DNA from: an uncultured delta proteobacterium
GTDB taxonomy: Bacteria; Desulfobacterota; Binatia; UBA9968
Reading direction: 5' to 3'
DNA length: 64,000 nucleotides
Assembly: GCA_963771465.1 (NCBI GenBank)
Contig: CAVYTU010000005.1
Span: 59,957-123,956, forward strand
Shown: piece after piece, positions 30,949 through 40,323 of the stretch
How the letters are laid out: every line of letters starts with the position of its first letter
Numbering within the stretch: position 1 is the stretch's first letter
Notes under the pieces: generated by a model
Databases searched by the model: none
Told to the model about the DNA's origin: nothing
Seen by the model: only the letters and a program-made list of their open reading frames with translations
Position numbers and translations under genes: made by a program

Positions 30949-31000
30949 TTGGAGTAAGGGAGTGATGGAGTATTGGCTGGTAAAGAGGCCCATCACTCCA
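30949..31000. repeat. Family A TGGAGT 8-mer hairpin, copy 4
   Basis: TGGAGTAA GGGAGTGA TGGAGTAT TGG ... CCATCACTCCA. Confidence 0.8.
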
Positions 31001-31008
31001 GTCTTCGT

Positions 31009-32031
31009 TCATCGATACTCGCCTTCGTACAGGCTTTTGATAAAACCGCTCGCTTCGATTTCTCTGATGACGCTTTCGTCAACGAAAAGTCTGGCGTCGG
31101 CGCCGCGCGCCTTGGGCTCTGTTGCGGCGATGAATTCGAGCGAGGTTTCCACCGCCTTGGGCGTGGCGTAGAGCGTGGGGTTGTAATATTTTGCCGCTAG
31201 AAGATTGTACGATAATTCAAGATACTTCAAATCTTTTTCCTGGGCCGACTGGATGCGCAGTTTCTTTTGCAGCACTTCGAGACTTTCCTTTTTATGTTTT
31301 TTGAAATAAGCGACGCCTTCGATCAGACCTTTACCGAAGCGGATCGCCTGGGCCCGGTTGGCTTTCAAATAGCTGCGGGTGGTATCGACGGAGTTCTGCA
31401 AATAATAAATGTCCATCTCGGCGGGATCGGCGAGGGTGCGAAAGCCTCTCTCCTCGGCGACGAAGAACGACGGCATGGTCAGCACAGCCGCGTCACAGCC
31501 GCCTTTTTCCAAGCTGGCAAACATCGCCGGTGAAGCTTCAAGTTGGATGAGCTGAAAGTCTTCCGGGCGCATGCCCCACTTTTTGACGAATAGCTGGAAG
31601 GCCCAATGACCGGCGGAGCCGAAACGCGTGATCGCCACTCGCTTGCCTTTAAGCTCCGCCGGGGTTCGTATATCCGGCCGCGAGATCAAACGCTGCAAGC
31701 CGCGGTTCATCGGCGAGAATGCGAGCACGGTGTCGGCGCCGCGTAGTGCTGCACGGATCACCGCATCGCCGCCGCCGACGGAAAACTGGATCTCGCCGGC
31801 GAGCAGCGCGCTCACCACCCGCGACGCGCCGCCACCGATGAAGATCATTTCGACGTTGGCGCCGTGTTTTCTAAACAGTCCTTTTTCTTCGGCGACCCAG
31901 ATGCTGCCCGAAGTCGCGCTTATCGAGCTCAAGCCGACGCGTATTCGCTCCTGCGCGCCGATCGGCTGAAAGGTCCCGAAGAACGATGATGGCCAGCAAC
32001 AAACATTGAAAAGTCTGTAACGCATCGGCAA
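31009..32031 (-). CDS. NitT/TauT-family substrate-binding protein (paralog of 1-1008)
   Basis: RVGLSSIS, WVAEEKGLFRKHG, IFIGGGA, ELKGKRVAITRFGS; N-terminus probably frameshifted. Confidence 0.85.
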   Translation of the reverse strand: MPMRYRLFNVCCWPSSFFGTFQPIGAQERIRVGLSSISATSGSIWVAEEKGLFRKHGANVEMIFIGGGASRVVSALLAGEIQFSVGGGDAVIRAALRGADTVLAFSPMNRGLQRLISRPDIRTPAELKGKRVAITRFGSAGHWAFQLFVKKWGMRPEDFQLIQLEASPAMFASLEKGGCDAAVLTMPSFFVAEERGFRTLADPAEMDIYYLQNSVDTTRSYLKANRAQAIRFGKGLIEGVAYFKKHKKESLEVLQKKLRIQSAQEKDLKYLELSYNLLAAKYYNPTLYATPKAVETSLEFIAATEPKARGADARLFVDESVIREIEASGFIKSLYEGEYR

Positions 32032-32241
32032 TCTCCATTACAGAATATCTTTTAACTAGTAGATGGCGTGGTTGGGCGTCAAGGGAATTGTATGAAAATT
32101 CTCGATTTCTAGGCGTTGCTTCCCGTATTGGCCGCTCTTGGCATAACGCTCGAACGGCGCCTGAGTGAACAAATCGATGGTCGCTTCTTGCCAACGAAGT
32201 TCGCGTCAACTATGCAAAGTGTAGTGAATCGGGAGAAACCC

Positions 32242-33048
32242 GTGCCGAAGCTTAAAGTAAACGACGTCGAAATCTACTACGAAGAACACGGTCAAGGCCG
32301 GCCGATGGTTTTTTTGAGCGAGACCGCCTGCGACGGCGAAGTGTGGAAGATTAATCAAGTCGGCGAATTTTCCCGAGACCATCGCGTGATCACCTTCGAC
32401 TACCGCGGCACCGGGCAGTCGAGTAAACCGTCGGTCGATTACACCACAAAAATATTCTGCGACGATCTGGTTGGCTTGATGGATCATCTCACAGCCGAAG
32501 ACGCCGTCGTGGTCGGTCACTCCATGGGTGGGCGAGTCGCGCAGTTGCTGGCGCTCGATCATCCGAAGAAGGTTCATAAGCTGGTGCTGGCTTCCACCGG
32601 CGCACATTATCCGCTGACCAAGGGATTGCCGCTCAAGATCATGAAGGAGATGATCGAGTGGGGCTACGAGAAATACGAACGGGAGCACACGATCTTGGTC
32701 GGTTGGACGGATGAATATATCAAGCAGCATCCGGAGAAGATCGACGCTTACTTGAAAGTCAGGATGCACGATCTTTGCCCCGTAGAGTTTTACCTGCGCC
32801 ACTTGATTGCGCGCCAGAGCCATGACACGAGCCAGCGGTTGAAGGACATCAAGCAGCCGACTCTGATTCTCGTCGGCGACGGCGACCAAAACATGACCAG
32901 CGAGATCAATCATCAGATGTCGTCGGAAATATTGGCGAAGGGGATTGCCCACTCCAAGCTGGTCCTGTTGCCGAACGAGCGGCATAGCTACTTCTTCAGT
33001 AATCCCGACCTGGCGCACAAGACGATTCGGGAATTTATCACGGATTAG
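32242..33048 (+). CDS. Alpha/beta hydrolase
   Basis: DYRGTGQS, GHSMGG nucleophile elbow. Confidence 0.85.
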   Translation: MPKLKVNDVEIYYEEHGQGRPMVFLSETACDGEVWKINQVGEFSRDHRVITFDYRGTGQSSKPSVDYTTKIFCDDLVGLMDHLTAEDAVVVGHSMGGRVAQLLALDHPKKVHKLVLASTGAHYPLTKGLPLKIMKEMIEWGYEKYEREHTILVGWTDEYIKQHPEKIDAYLKVRMHDLCPVEFYLRHLIARQSHDTSQRLKDIKQPTLILVGDGDQNMTSEINHQMSSEILAKGIAHSKLVLLPNERHSYFFSNPDLAHKTIREFITD

Positions 33049-33081
33049 GCAATTCGTGCTTTGGGCGAAAATAATTCGAAC

Positions 33082-33113
33082 GTAGGAGCGACTCCGGGTG
33101 ATTGCCCGTACGG
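33082..33113 (+). repeat. REP-like GTAG element
   Basis: GTAGGAGCGACTCCGGGTGATTGCCCGTACGG. Confidence 0.5.
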
Positions 33114-33144
33114 ATACTGTGAATATTCGCGAGGAAATATTTTT

Positions 33145-33951
33145 ATGCCGACAGTACGCAGCAACGACGCAGAGATTTACTACGAAGTGCATGGCCGCGG
33201 TCAGCCGTTTTTGTTTTTCAGCGAGACGGCGTGCAGCGGCGAAGTTTGGAAGCTCCATCAGCTGGCGGAGTTTTCCAAGGATCATGCCGTTATTATTCAC
33301 GACTACCGCGGCACGGGCAGATCGAGCAAGCCGTCAATCGAATACACGACGCGGATGTTTTGCGACGATGCCGTGGCGTTGCTCGATCACCTGCACGTCA
33401 AGGATGCCATCGTGCTCGGCCATTCGATGGGCGGGCGAGTAGCGCAATTGCTAGCGTTGGAATATCCGGAGCGGGTCAAGAAGTTGATTCTCGCGTCCAC
33501 CGGCGCGTCGTTTCCCGGCGGCGCGGGATTGCCTTTGCAGATGTGCAAAGAAATGATCGAGTGGGGTTACGAGAAATACCTGCGCGTACATACGATCCAA
33601 GTGGGTTTCACCGATGAGTTCGTCAAGAGCGAGCCGGAACGCTTGGAAGCGTTCTTCAAAGCTCGCTTGGCCAATCTCGGCCCGGTGGAATTTTATTTGC
33701 GCCATGTGCTGTCGCGTCAGGGACATGACACCAGCGGCAGGCTCAAAGACATTCGCATGCCGACGCTGGTATTGGTCGGCGAGCACGAAGGCGATCCCAA
33801 GGTCGTCATGACGCACCGCATGTCATCGGCCATTCTAGCGAGAGGGATTCCCAATGCGAAATTTGTCATGCTGCCCAAACAGAAGCACAACTATTTCATT
33901 AGCGATCCGGTCACGTTTCACAAAGTGATCCGTGAGTTTCTATCCTCGTAG
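33145..33951 (+). CDS. Alpha/beta hydrolase (tandem paralog)
   Basis: DYRGTGRS, GHSMGG; same 268-aa length as the upstream copy. Confidence 0.85.
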   Translation: MPTVRSNDAEIYYEVHGRGQPFLFFSETACSGEVWKLHQLAEFSKDHAVIIHDYRGTGRSSKPSIEYTTRMFCDDAVALLDHLHVKDAIVLGHSMGGRVAQLLALEYPERVKKLILASTGASFPGGAGLPLQMCKEMIEWGYEKYLRVHTIQVGFTDEFVKSEPERLEAFFKARLANLGPVEFYLRHVLSRQGHDTSGRLKDIRMPTLVLVGEHEGDPKVVMTHRMSSAILARGIPNAKFVMLPKQKHNYFISDPVTFHKVIREFLSS

Positions 33952-33971
33952 GGGCGACCGGCCGGTCGCCC
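33948..33971 (+). repeat. REP-like GTAG palindrome between convergent genes
   Basis: GTAG-GGGCGACCGGCCGGTCGCCC, perfect palindrome; overlaps the TAG stop. Confidence 0.7.
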
Positions 33972-34000
33972 GACCGTGCACAACGGTGCGATAGACCGGA

Positions 34001-34330
34001 TTACAGATGAATAAACGCCCGCACCCAATTCTTCGGCAGCGCGGTGTGGCCTTGGCCGGTTTCATCCTCGGCTAAGAAGACATCGCCGGGGCTGAAGGTC
34101 TTCACCGTGCCGTCGCCGATGCCGATATCGACCGTGCCGGAGAGTGTAATACACCATTGGCGGCGCGGCGCGTTGTGCCAGCCGTGCAGATCGTCGCGAT
34201 TCAGGTCGTTCTTAAAAACCAGAGCTTTGGGCGTGATCGTGGTGAGAAAAAACTTTGAACCTTCTTGCTGGTCTAATTCCTCGAAGTGCGACTTGCCGTC
34301 GGCGCCGGTATACATTCTGCAGAACTGCAT
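34001..34330 (-). CDS. Small cupin protein
   Basis: DGKSHFEE, WHNAPRRQW, PGDVFLAEDETGQGH. Confidence 0.8.
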   Translation of the reverse strand: MQFCRMYTGADGKSHFEELDQQEGSKFFLTTITPKALVFKNDLNRDDLHGWHNAPRRQWCITLSGTVDIGIGDGTVKTFSPGDVFLAEDETGQGHTALPKNWVRAFIHL

Positions 34331-34488
34331 GATACCTCCTAGAGTGTGAAATTGGTTTAGGGCTTAACAGCAATCCAAATATCTTTGCAAGGCGAGCAGT
34401 TTTTCTCTGCCATCGATTGACAGTTCCGACGCATCTGGAGTAGGAAATCTTGTTACGAATCGATGCAAAATTTAGAGGAGGAAAGAAA

Positions 34489-35307
34489 ATGGCAAATTAT
34501 CAGACGTTATTAGTGGACAACAAAGAGGGCGTGACGACGATCACACTCAATCGGCCGGAGAAGCGCAACGCCATGAGCCCGCAGCTGCACCGCGACATGT
34601 ACGATTGTCTCACGGATCTGCGCTACGACAAGGACACGCGGGTGATCATCATCACCGGCGCCGGCGAAAGCTTTTGCGCCGGACAGGACTTGAAGCAATA
34701 TTTTATCGAAATGGATTCGCAGCCCGAACGCGTGCGTGACGAAGTGCGCGAAAAATCGCGCCAGTGGAGAAACGAAATTCTGCGCAAGATGCCGCAACCG
34801 GTGATCGCCAAGATCAACGGCTGGGTGTTTGGCGGCGGCTTTACGGTTGTCACCGGCTGCGATATCGCGATCGCGGCCGAAGACGTGCAATTCGGCTTAT
34901 CGGAAGTCAACTTCGGCCATTTCCCTGGCGGCGAAGTGACGATTGTCTTGACCGAACACTTGCAGCCCAAGCACGGGCTCTATTACGCGCTCACGGGCAA
35001 GACGATGAACGCCAAGGAAGCGGAACGGATCGGTCTCATTACCAAGGCGGTGCCGCGCGCGGACTTGGACAAAGAGGTGATGGACATCGCCAATAATCTG
35101 AAAGAGAAAGCGCCGTCCGCGCTCAATGCCGTCAAAGAAGCTTGGTATTACACCTTCTATTCCAATCCCGACGTTGCCTACGAAATTTCCGGCTTGATTT
35201 CCGACAAAGCCAAGCAGGCGATCGGCGGCCGGCCGGGGTTGCAACAGTTCGCGCGCAAGGAATATCGGCCGGGGTTAGGGTCGTATAAGGTTGAAGAAAA
35301 GAAGTAA
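34489..35307 (+). CDS. p-hydroxycinnamoyl-CoA hydratase/lyase-like crotonase
   Basis: NRPEKRNAMSP, AGQDLKQYF, GLSEVNFG, GLQQF...RPGLGSY resemble HCHL/Ech. Confidence 0.75.
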   Translation: MANYQTLLVDNKEGVTTITLNRPEKRNAMSPQLHRDMYDCLTDLRYDKDTRVIIITGAGESFCAGQDLKQYFIEMDSQPERVRDEVREKSRQWRNEILRKMPQPVIAKINGWVFGGGFTVVTGCDIAIAAEDVQFGLSEVNFGHFPGGEVTIVLTEHLQPKHGLYYALTGKTMNAKEAERIGLITKAVPRADLDKEVMDIANNLKEKAPSALNAVKEAWYYTFYSNPDVAYEISGLISDKAKQAIGGRPGLQQFARKEYRPGLGSYKVEEKK

Positions 35308-35317
35308 GTTCGCCAAA

Positions 35318-35428
35318 ATTTTGGATTTCCAATATTGGATTTTGGATTGACGGATTAGGAGATGCCGGTGCAAGTGTAACAACCTGTGCCGGCATTTTTC
35401 CGATAATCCAAAATCTAAAATCCAAAAT
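35318..35428. repeat. TTTTGGA/TCCAAAA 7-mer hairpin (family D)
   Basis: TTTTGGA TTTCCAA TATTGGA TTTTGGA TT ... AATCCAA AATCTAA AATCCAA AAT. Confidence 0.85.
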
Positions 35429-35438
35429 GGGGGAAGTG

Positions 35439-36593
35439 ATGGATTTCAATTTACCTGACGAACTGCAGATGCTCAAAGATACGGTGCGCAAGTTTGTCGA
35501 TAAGGAGCTGATCCCGATCGAGATGCATACGATCGAGAACATGGAGCTGAAGCCCGACATCCGCGAAAAGCTAGAGAAGAAAACCAGAGAGATGGGGTTG
35601 TGGATGTTCGACGTGCCGGAAGAGTACGGCGGCGGCGGGTTGGGCAGCTTGGCGCAGGTGCTGGTGTGGGAAGAGCTATCGCGCACCGTGGCGTTGCCGT
35701 CACGCGGCCAGGGAATCTTCGGACCCGAGGTGCGGCCGATTCTTTACGCGCTCAATCCGGAACAAAAAAAGCGTTTCATGGATCCGGTACTGGCCGGTGA
35801 GAAAAAACTTTGCTTCATGCAGACCGAGCCCGATGCGGGTTCCGATCCGGCCTCGATGAAAACTCGCGCCGTCAGGCAAGGCGATCACTACGTGATCAAC
35901 GGCACCAAGCGATTCATCACCGGCGCCGGTGATGCCGACATCGGCCAGCTCATGGCCGTCACCGATCCGACCAAAGGCGCGCATGGCGGCATCTCTTGTT
36001 TCATGGTCGACATGAAAACCCCCGGCCTCACGCTGGTCACGCGCTACAAGACGATGATGGGCGAGGAACCGTGGCATATCACCTTTGACGACATGAAAGT
36101 TCCGGCGGAAAATTTAGTCGGTAAAGAAGGCGAGGGCTTCAAATTAGCGCAGAAATGGCTCGGCATCGGTCGGCTAAAACACGGCGCGCGCGCCTTGGGC
36201 GTCGCCGAGCGCTGTATCGAAATGGGCGCGAGTTACTCGAAGCAACGCATCACCTTCGGCAAGCCGCTCTCCGAGCGCCAGGGAATTACCTTCAAACTCG
36301 CTGATTCCTTCGTCGAGTTGCACGCGGCGCGTCTGATGGTTTACCAAGCGGCGTGGAAGAACGACCAGAAGCAAGATATCCGCAACGAAGCTTACATGGC
36401 CAAGCTGTTCGCCGATGAAATGTCGTTCCGCGTCGTCGACCGCGTGCTGCAAATCCACGGCGGCATCGGCTTGACCCTCGACTTGCCACTGGCGAAATGG
36501 TTCGTCGACCAGCGCAGCCGCTTGATCACCGAAGGCGCCTCAGAAGTCATGCGCATGGTGATCGCGCGGGAAGTGCTGAAAAAGTACAACTGA
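35439..36593 (+). CDS. Acyl-CoA dehydrogenase
   Basis: QTEPDAGSD, INGTKRFIT, R-TFGKPL, QIHGGIG, ITEGASEV. Confidence 0.9.
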   Translation: MDFNLPDELQMLKDTVRKFVDKELIPIEMHTIENMELKPDIREKLEKKTREMGLWMFDVPEEYGGGGLGSLAQVLVWEELSRTVALPSRGQGIFGPEVRPILYALNPEQKKRFMDPVLAGEKKLCFMQTEPDAGSDPASMKTRAVRQGDHYVINGTKRFITGAGDADIGQLMAVTDPTKGAHGGISCFMVDMKTPGLTLVTRYKTMMGEEPWHITFDDMKVPAENLVGKEGEGFKLAQKWLGIGRLKHGARALGVAERCIEMGASYSKQRITFGKPLSERQGITFKLADSFVELHAARLMVYQAAWKNDQKQDIRNEAYMAKLFADEMSFRVVDRVLQIHGGIGLTLDLPLAKWFVDQRSRLITEGASEVMRMVIAREVLKKYN

Positions 36594-36612
36594 CCTGGAT
36601 TTCTTAGTCCGG

Positions 36613-36640
36613 GTCATTCCCGTGAAAAACGGGAATCCAG
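36613..36640. repeat. ATTCCC-N8-GGGAAT REP-like palindrome
   Basis: GTCATTCCCGTGAAAAACGGGAATCCAG. Confidence 0.7.
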
Positions 36641-36700
36641 TCCATTTTTAAGGCAAAGGGCCCAATACGGCAGAGCCGCCACCCAACGATAAAGCAAGGT

Positions 36701-36777
36701 TCACCGCGGCGGCACAGAGTTCACGGAGATTATTTTTACTTTCCTCCTGCCGCGTCGACCCGCGCCGCTGCGGTAAA
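36701..36777. repeat. CACCGC...GCGGT hairpin (family E), copy 1
   Basis: TCACCGCGGCGGCACAGAGTTCACGGAG ... GCCGCGTCGACCCGCGCCGCTGCGGT; similar copy at 60144-60230. Confidence 0.7.
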
Positions 36778-37103
36778 CTATCTGAAACATTCATTACTTT
36801 TCAGTTTTTCCGCTCCCTGGCGCAATCAACCGGATTCCGCACTTGAAATTGAAGCAGCGATCCAGGCGCAATCCTTCCGTAGTGAAGACAATGGGTCAGT
36901 GCCTTACAGCGAGCACCATAGCGGAGCGTTGAACCAGGAAAAGTGACTTTGCGATGCAGCGTCGGGTATCTCCAGGCGCGCGCCTCGCTCGGCGCACGTG
37001 ATTACTTCGACTGCGGAATCCGGAATCAAAACCGTCGGAACGAGCTAGGCTATCTTCAGGAAAGCCTGTAGCGCGGTTTGTTTTATGCTACAGTTTGGCC
37101 AAC

Positions 37104-38342
37104 ATGGTTCGTACTTCCGTCCCAGAAACCGACTTGCCGTTGTTCGCCGCTGAGACCCGGAAGTTTCTCACCATCAGCGAGCTCAACGATCTCATCAAGG
37201 GTACGTTGGAAAAGCGCTTGGACGCGCTCTGGGTGGCGGGCGAGATTTCCAATTTCAAAGCCGCGCCTTCGGGCCACTGCTATTTCACTCTCAAAGACGA
37301 CAAGAGTCAGATATCGGCGGTGATGTTTCGTCGTCAGGGATCGCTGCTCCGTTTCACTCCTGAAGGCGGCATGGCGGTGCTCTGCTTCGGCCGGGTGAGT
37401 CTCTACACCGTGCGCGGCGACTTGCAGCTCTACGTCGAGGACATGGAGCCGCAGGGTCAAGGCGCGCTGGCGCTGGCCTTCGAGCAGCTCAAAAAAAAGC
37501 TCGCCGCCGAAGGCTTGTTCGCGCCCGAGCGCAAGCGCGAGTTGCCGTTCCTGCCGCGCTCTATAGGTATTGTTACTTCCGATAAAGGCGCGGCGCTGCA
37601 CGATATGCTGCGCATCATTCGCGACCGCTATGCTGACCGCCGCGTGGTCATTCGTCCAGTCAAAGTTCAGGGCGAAGGCGCGGCGCGGGAAATCGCCCAA
37701 GCGATCGTCGATTTGAATCGTCTCGGTACCATCGACGTGATGATCGTCGGACGCGGCGGTGGCTCGCTGGAAGATCTCTGGGCGTTCAACGAAGAGGTCG
37801 TCGCCCGGGCCATTTATACGTCCGTCGTTCCGGTGGTGTCGGCGGTGGGACATGAAATCGATTTCAGCATCGCCGATTTCGTTGCCGACCAGCGCGCGCC
37901 GACGCCGACGGCGGCCGCTGAAATGATTTTGCCGCGCAAAGTCGATCTGGCTGAGCAAGTCGAACTGCTCGCGCAGGAATTGCACGGGCACATGGATTTT
38001 AGAATCCAGACGTTGAGAGAATGCATTCAAGGCTTCGTCAAGCGCTTATCCGATCCCAGTAGAAAGCTCAGAGAGAACCAGCAACGCCTCGATGAATTGT
38101 CGATCGATCTGTTGCGCCGATTCCAAGATCGATTGCGCCAGTGCAAAAACCGCTTGGCTCACGCCGCCGGGCGGCTCCATGCGCTCAGCCCCTTGGCCGT
38201 GCTCGACCGCGGTTATAGCATTACGCACAAATTGCCGGAGGTGAGCATCGTCAAAGACTCGGCTTCGCTGCAAATCGGCGATCGCGTGCGCGTCAGTTTC
38301 GCCAAGGGGAAGTCGATATGCCGAGTTGAGGAGAAGGAATGA
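37104..38342 (+). CDS. xseA: Exodeoxyribonuclease VII large subunit
   Basis: GEISNF...SGHCYFTLKD, GRGGGSLEDLWAFNEE, SAVGHEID, APTPTAAAE, LSPLAVLDRGY. Confidence 0.97.
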   Translation: MVRTSVPETDLPLFAAETRKFLTISELNDLIKGTLEKRLDALWVAGEISNFKAAPSGHCYFTLKDDKSQISAVMFRRQGSLLRFTPEGGMAVLCFGRVSLYTVRGDLQLYVEDMEPQGQGALALAFEQLKKKLAAEGLFAPERKRELPFLPRSIGIVTSDKGAALHDMLRIIRDRYADRRVVIRPVKVQGEGAAREIAQAIVDLNRLGTIDVMIVGRGGGSLEDLWAFNEEVVARAIYTSVVPVVSAVGHEIDFSIADFVADQRAPTPTAAAEMILPRKVDLAEQVELLAQELHGHMDFRIQTLRECIQGFVKRLSDPSRKLRENQQRLDELSIDLLRRFQDRLRQCKNRLAHAAGRLHALSPLAVLDRGYSITHKLPEVSIVKDSASLQIGDRVRVSFAKGKSICRVEEKE

Positions 38343-38343
38343 A

Positions 38344-39267
38344 ATGCGCGCCTCTCGACTCGCGCTAGTTGTTTGTTGCTGCTGCTTCAGCGCGTCAATC
38401 GCGCTTGGCGCCGGGGCACGGAAGGATCATTGGCCCAAGACGTTGGAAGCGTTTCAAGGCGACGTCGTCGAGGTCAAAGTCAGTGGCGACGATTTGGCGC
38501 AAGTCGAAGGGAGCTTGGGCAAGGAGAAGATTTATTTTTATCCGGGCGAGAACCATACGTTTTCCGCGCTGGTGGGCGTCGATGTCGAAGCCAAACCGTC
38601 GCTGGCCAAGCTCGCGGTCAAAGTTAAATCAACGGGAGGAGCACAACGCCAGACCGAGATACAGCTCAAGATCAAAGCGAAGTCCTTTCACAAGGAGTCG
38701 TTCAACGTGGCGCCAAGCTTCGATCAGATGAGCCCGGAGACTCTCGCCGAGATTCGCCGCGAACAGGAAGCGTTCATGCGCGCGTTTGCGACGACTTCGA
38801 CGGAACGTTTTTGGGATATTCCTTTTGTTCGGCCCGTGCCTCAAGACGCGTCCGCGTCGTCCTTCGGCTCGCGGCGCATCATCAATGGCGTAGCGCGCGC
38901 ACCGCACTCCGGCACGGATCTTTCGGCGCCGGCGGGGACGGAGGTTGTGGCAACCAATCACGGTCGGGTCGTACTGGTCGGCAATTTTTTCTTCGCCGGC
39001 GGCAGCGTCGTAGTCGATCATGGCGGCGGTTTGTTCACCATGTATTTTCACCTCTCGGAATTTAAGATTGGAGAAGGCGCGTTGGTGCGCAAAGGCGACG
39101 TGCTGGCGCTATCCGGCGACACCGGCCGGGTGACCGGCCCGCATCTGCACTGGGGCGTCAGGCTGAATAATACCAGAGTCGACCCATTGGACTTACTGAA
39201 AAAATTTTCCGGTTCGCCGGAGAACTTACTCGATCCCAGCAAAGCGGCGAGTAAATTGGAGGAATAA
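38344..39267 (+). CDS. M23 family metallopeptidase
   Basis: HSGTD, DHGGGLFTMYFHLS, TGPHLHW. Confidence 0.9.
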   Translation: MRASRLALVVCCCCFSASIALGAGARKDHWPKTLEAFQGDVVEVKVSGDDLAQVEGSLGKEKIYFYPGENHTFSALVGVDVEAKPSLAKLAVKVKSTGGAQRQTEIQLKIKAKSFHKESFNVAPSFDQMSPETLAEIRREQEAFMRAFATTSTERFWDIPFVRPVPQDASASSFGSRRIINGVARAPHSGTDLSAPAGTEVVATNHGRVVLVGNFFFAGGSVVVDHGGGLFTMYFHLSEFKIGEGALVRKGDVLALSGDTGRVTGPHLHWGVRLNNTRVDPLDLLKKFSGSPENLLDPSKAASKLEE

Positions 39268-39268
39268 A

Positions 39269-39532
39269 ATGGCGCGAAAAGAGCAAGGCGATAAAAATTT
39301 TGAAACCGCACTGGAGGATTTAGAGCAAGTTGTCGAGCAGCTTGAGTCCGGCGATCTCGCTCTTGAAGATTCCTTGGCGGCCTTCGAAAAAGGCGTCGGA
39401 CTGGCGAAGTTTTGTAATCAAAAGCTCAACGACGTGGAAAAGAAGGTCGAGCTACTGATCAAGGACAAAGAAGGCAAGTTGCAACTCACAGCGTTCGGGG
39501 ATTTGGCCGAGGAAGAGGACGGTGAGGATTAG
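39269..39532 (+). CDS. xseB: Exodeoxyribonuclease VII small subunit
   Basis: FETALEDLEQVVEQLESGDLALEDSLAAFEKG. Confidence 0.95.
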   Translation: MARKEQGDKNFETALEDLEQVVEQLESGDLALEDSLAAFEKGVGLAKFCNQKLNDVEKKVELLIKDKEGKLQLTAFGDLAEEEDGED

Positions 39533-39612
39533 CCGGGATGATTCGTCCGGACTAGTGCCTCAATTTTCATGCTTTGCAGTTTGATCGACATGCCGAACGG
39601 GCGAGATACAGG

Positions 39613-40314
39613 TCAAGTTTCGCATAGCCGTTTCACCTCGTATTCCAATCTCTCGATCAGTTCGCGTCGGCTGGCGGTTTTATTGCGATAAATCGCCGTG
39701 CCGAAATTCAGATAACCTTGGCAGATTTCCTCCGTTGCGTAGTGAATGCCCGCAGGAATGATTGGGATTGCAGCGCCGAGTCGGGTTTCGGCGGTGCGAA
39801 GGATCCTCACGAAGCCCGTTTTGAACGGCAAGAACTGATCGGGTTCGGTCTTCGGCGTGTAGGTCGGGTCGATGTTGGGATAGCCTTCAGGAAAAACCAC
39901 CAGAATCTTCCCTTCGACAAGCAGTTGGACGGCTTCGCGCAACGCTTCTCGCTGATAACGTGCGCCATCGCTAGTGGAAAAAAGTCGGCGCTGGCTATTC
40001 TCGTGATGTTTTAACGCGTCGGTTCGAAGTATCATGGGCCAGCGCGCCATGTGGTTTATCGCGTGCATGAAAATCTTTGTGCGACGATTTGCAACCCAGT
40101 CCACGGTGACTACGATATGAAACTGGCGCTGCATCGCGGCAAATAATGCCAAGCCGTCGAAGAGATGATGATAGTGGCGCGCGACGATGAGCGCCGGGCC
40201 GCGGATGGGAAGATTTTCCATGCCGTTTGCGCTGGTTTGCAATTTTCCCGCCGCCAAGTAACGGGCGATAAGCCGCATGGCTTTGTCGATGCAATATTCT
40301 CCTAAGCTCGACAT
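39613..40314 (-). CDS. PlsC-type acyltransferase (probable carotenoid-glycoside acyltransferase)
   Basis: HYHHLFD (HxxxxD), VFPEG, FKTG, PIIP; next to a GT2 in the crt island. Confidence 0.7.
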   Translation of the reverse strand: MSSLGEYCIDKAMRLIARYLAAGKLQTSANGMENLPIRGPALIVARHYHHLFDGLALFAAMQRQFHIVVTVDWVANRRTKIFMHAINHMARWPMILRTDALKHHENSQRRLFSTSDGARYQREALREAVQLLVEGKILVVFPEGYPNIDPTYTPKTEPDQFLPFKTGFVRILRTAETRLGAAIPIIPAGIHYATEEICQGYLNFGTAIYRNKTASRRELIERLEYEVKRLCET

Positions 40315-40323
40315 GCCAGCCTG

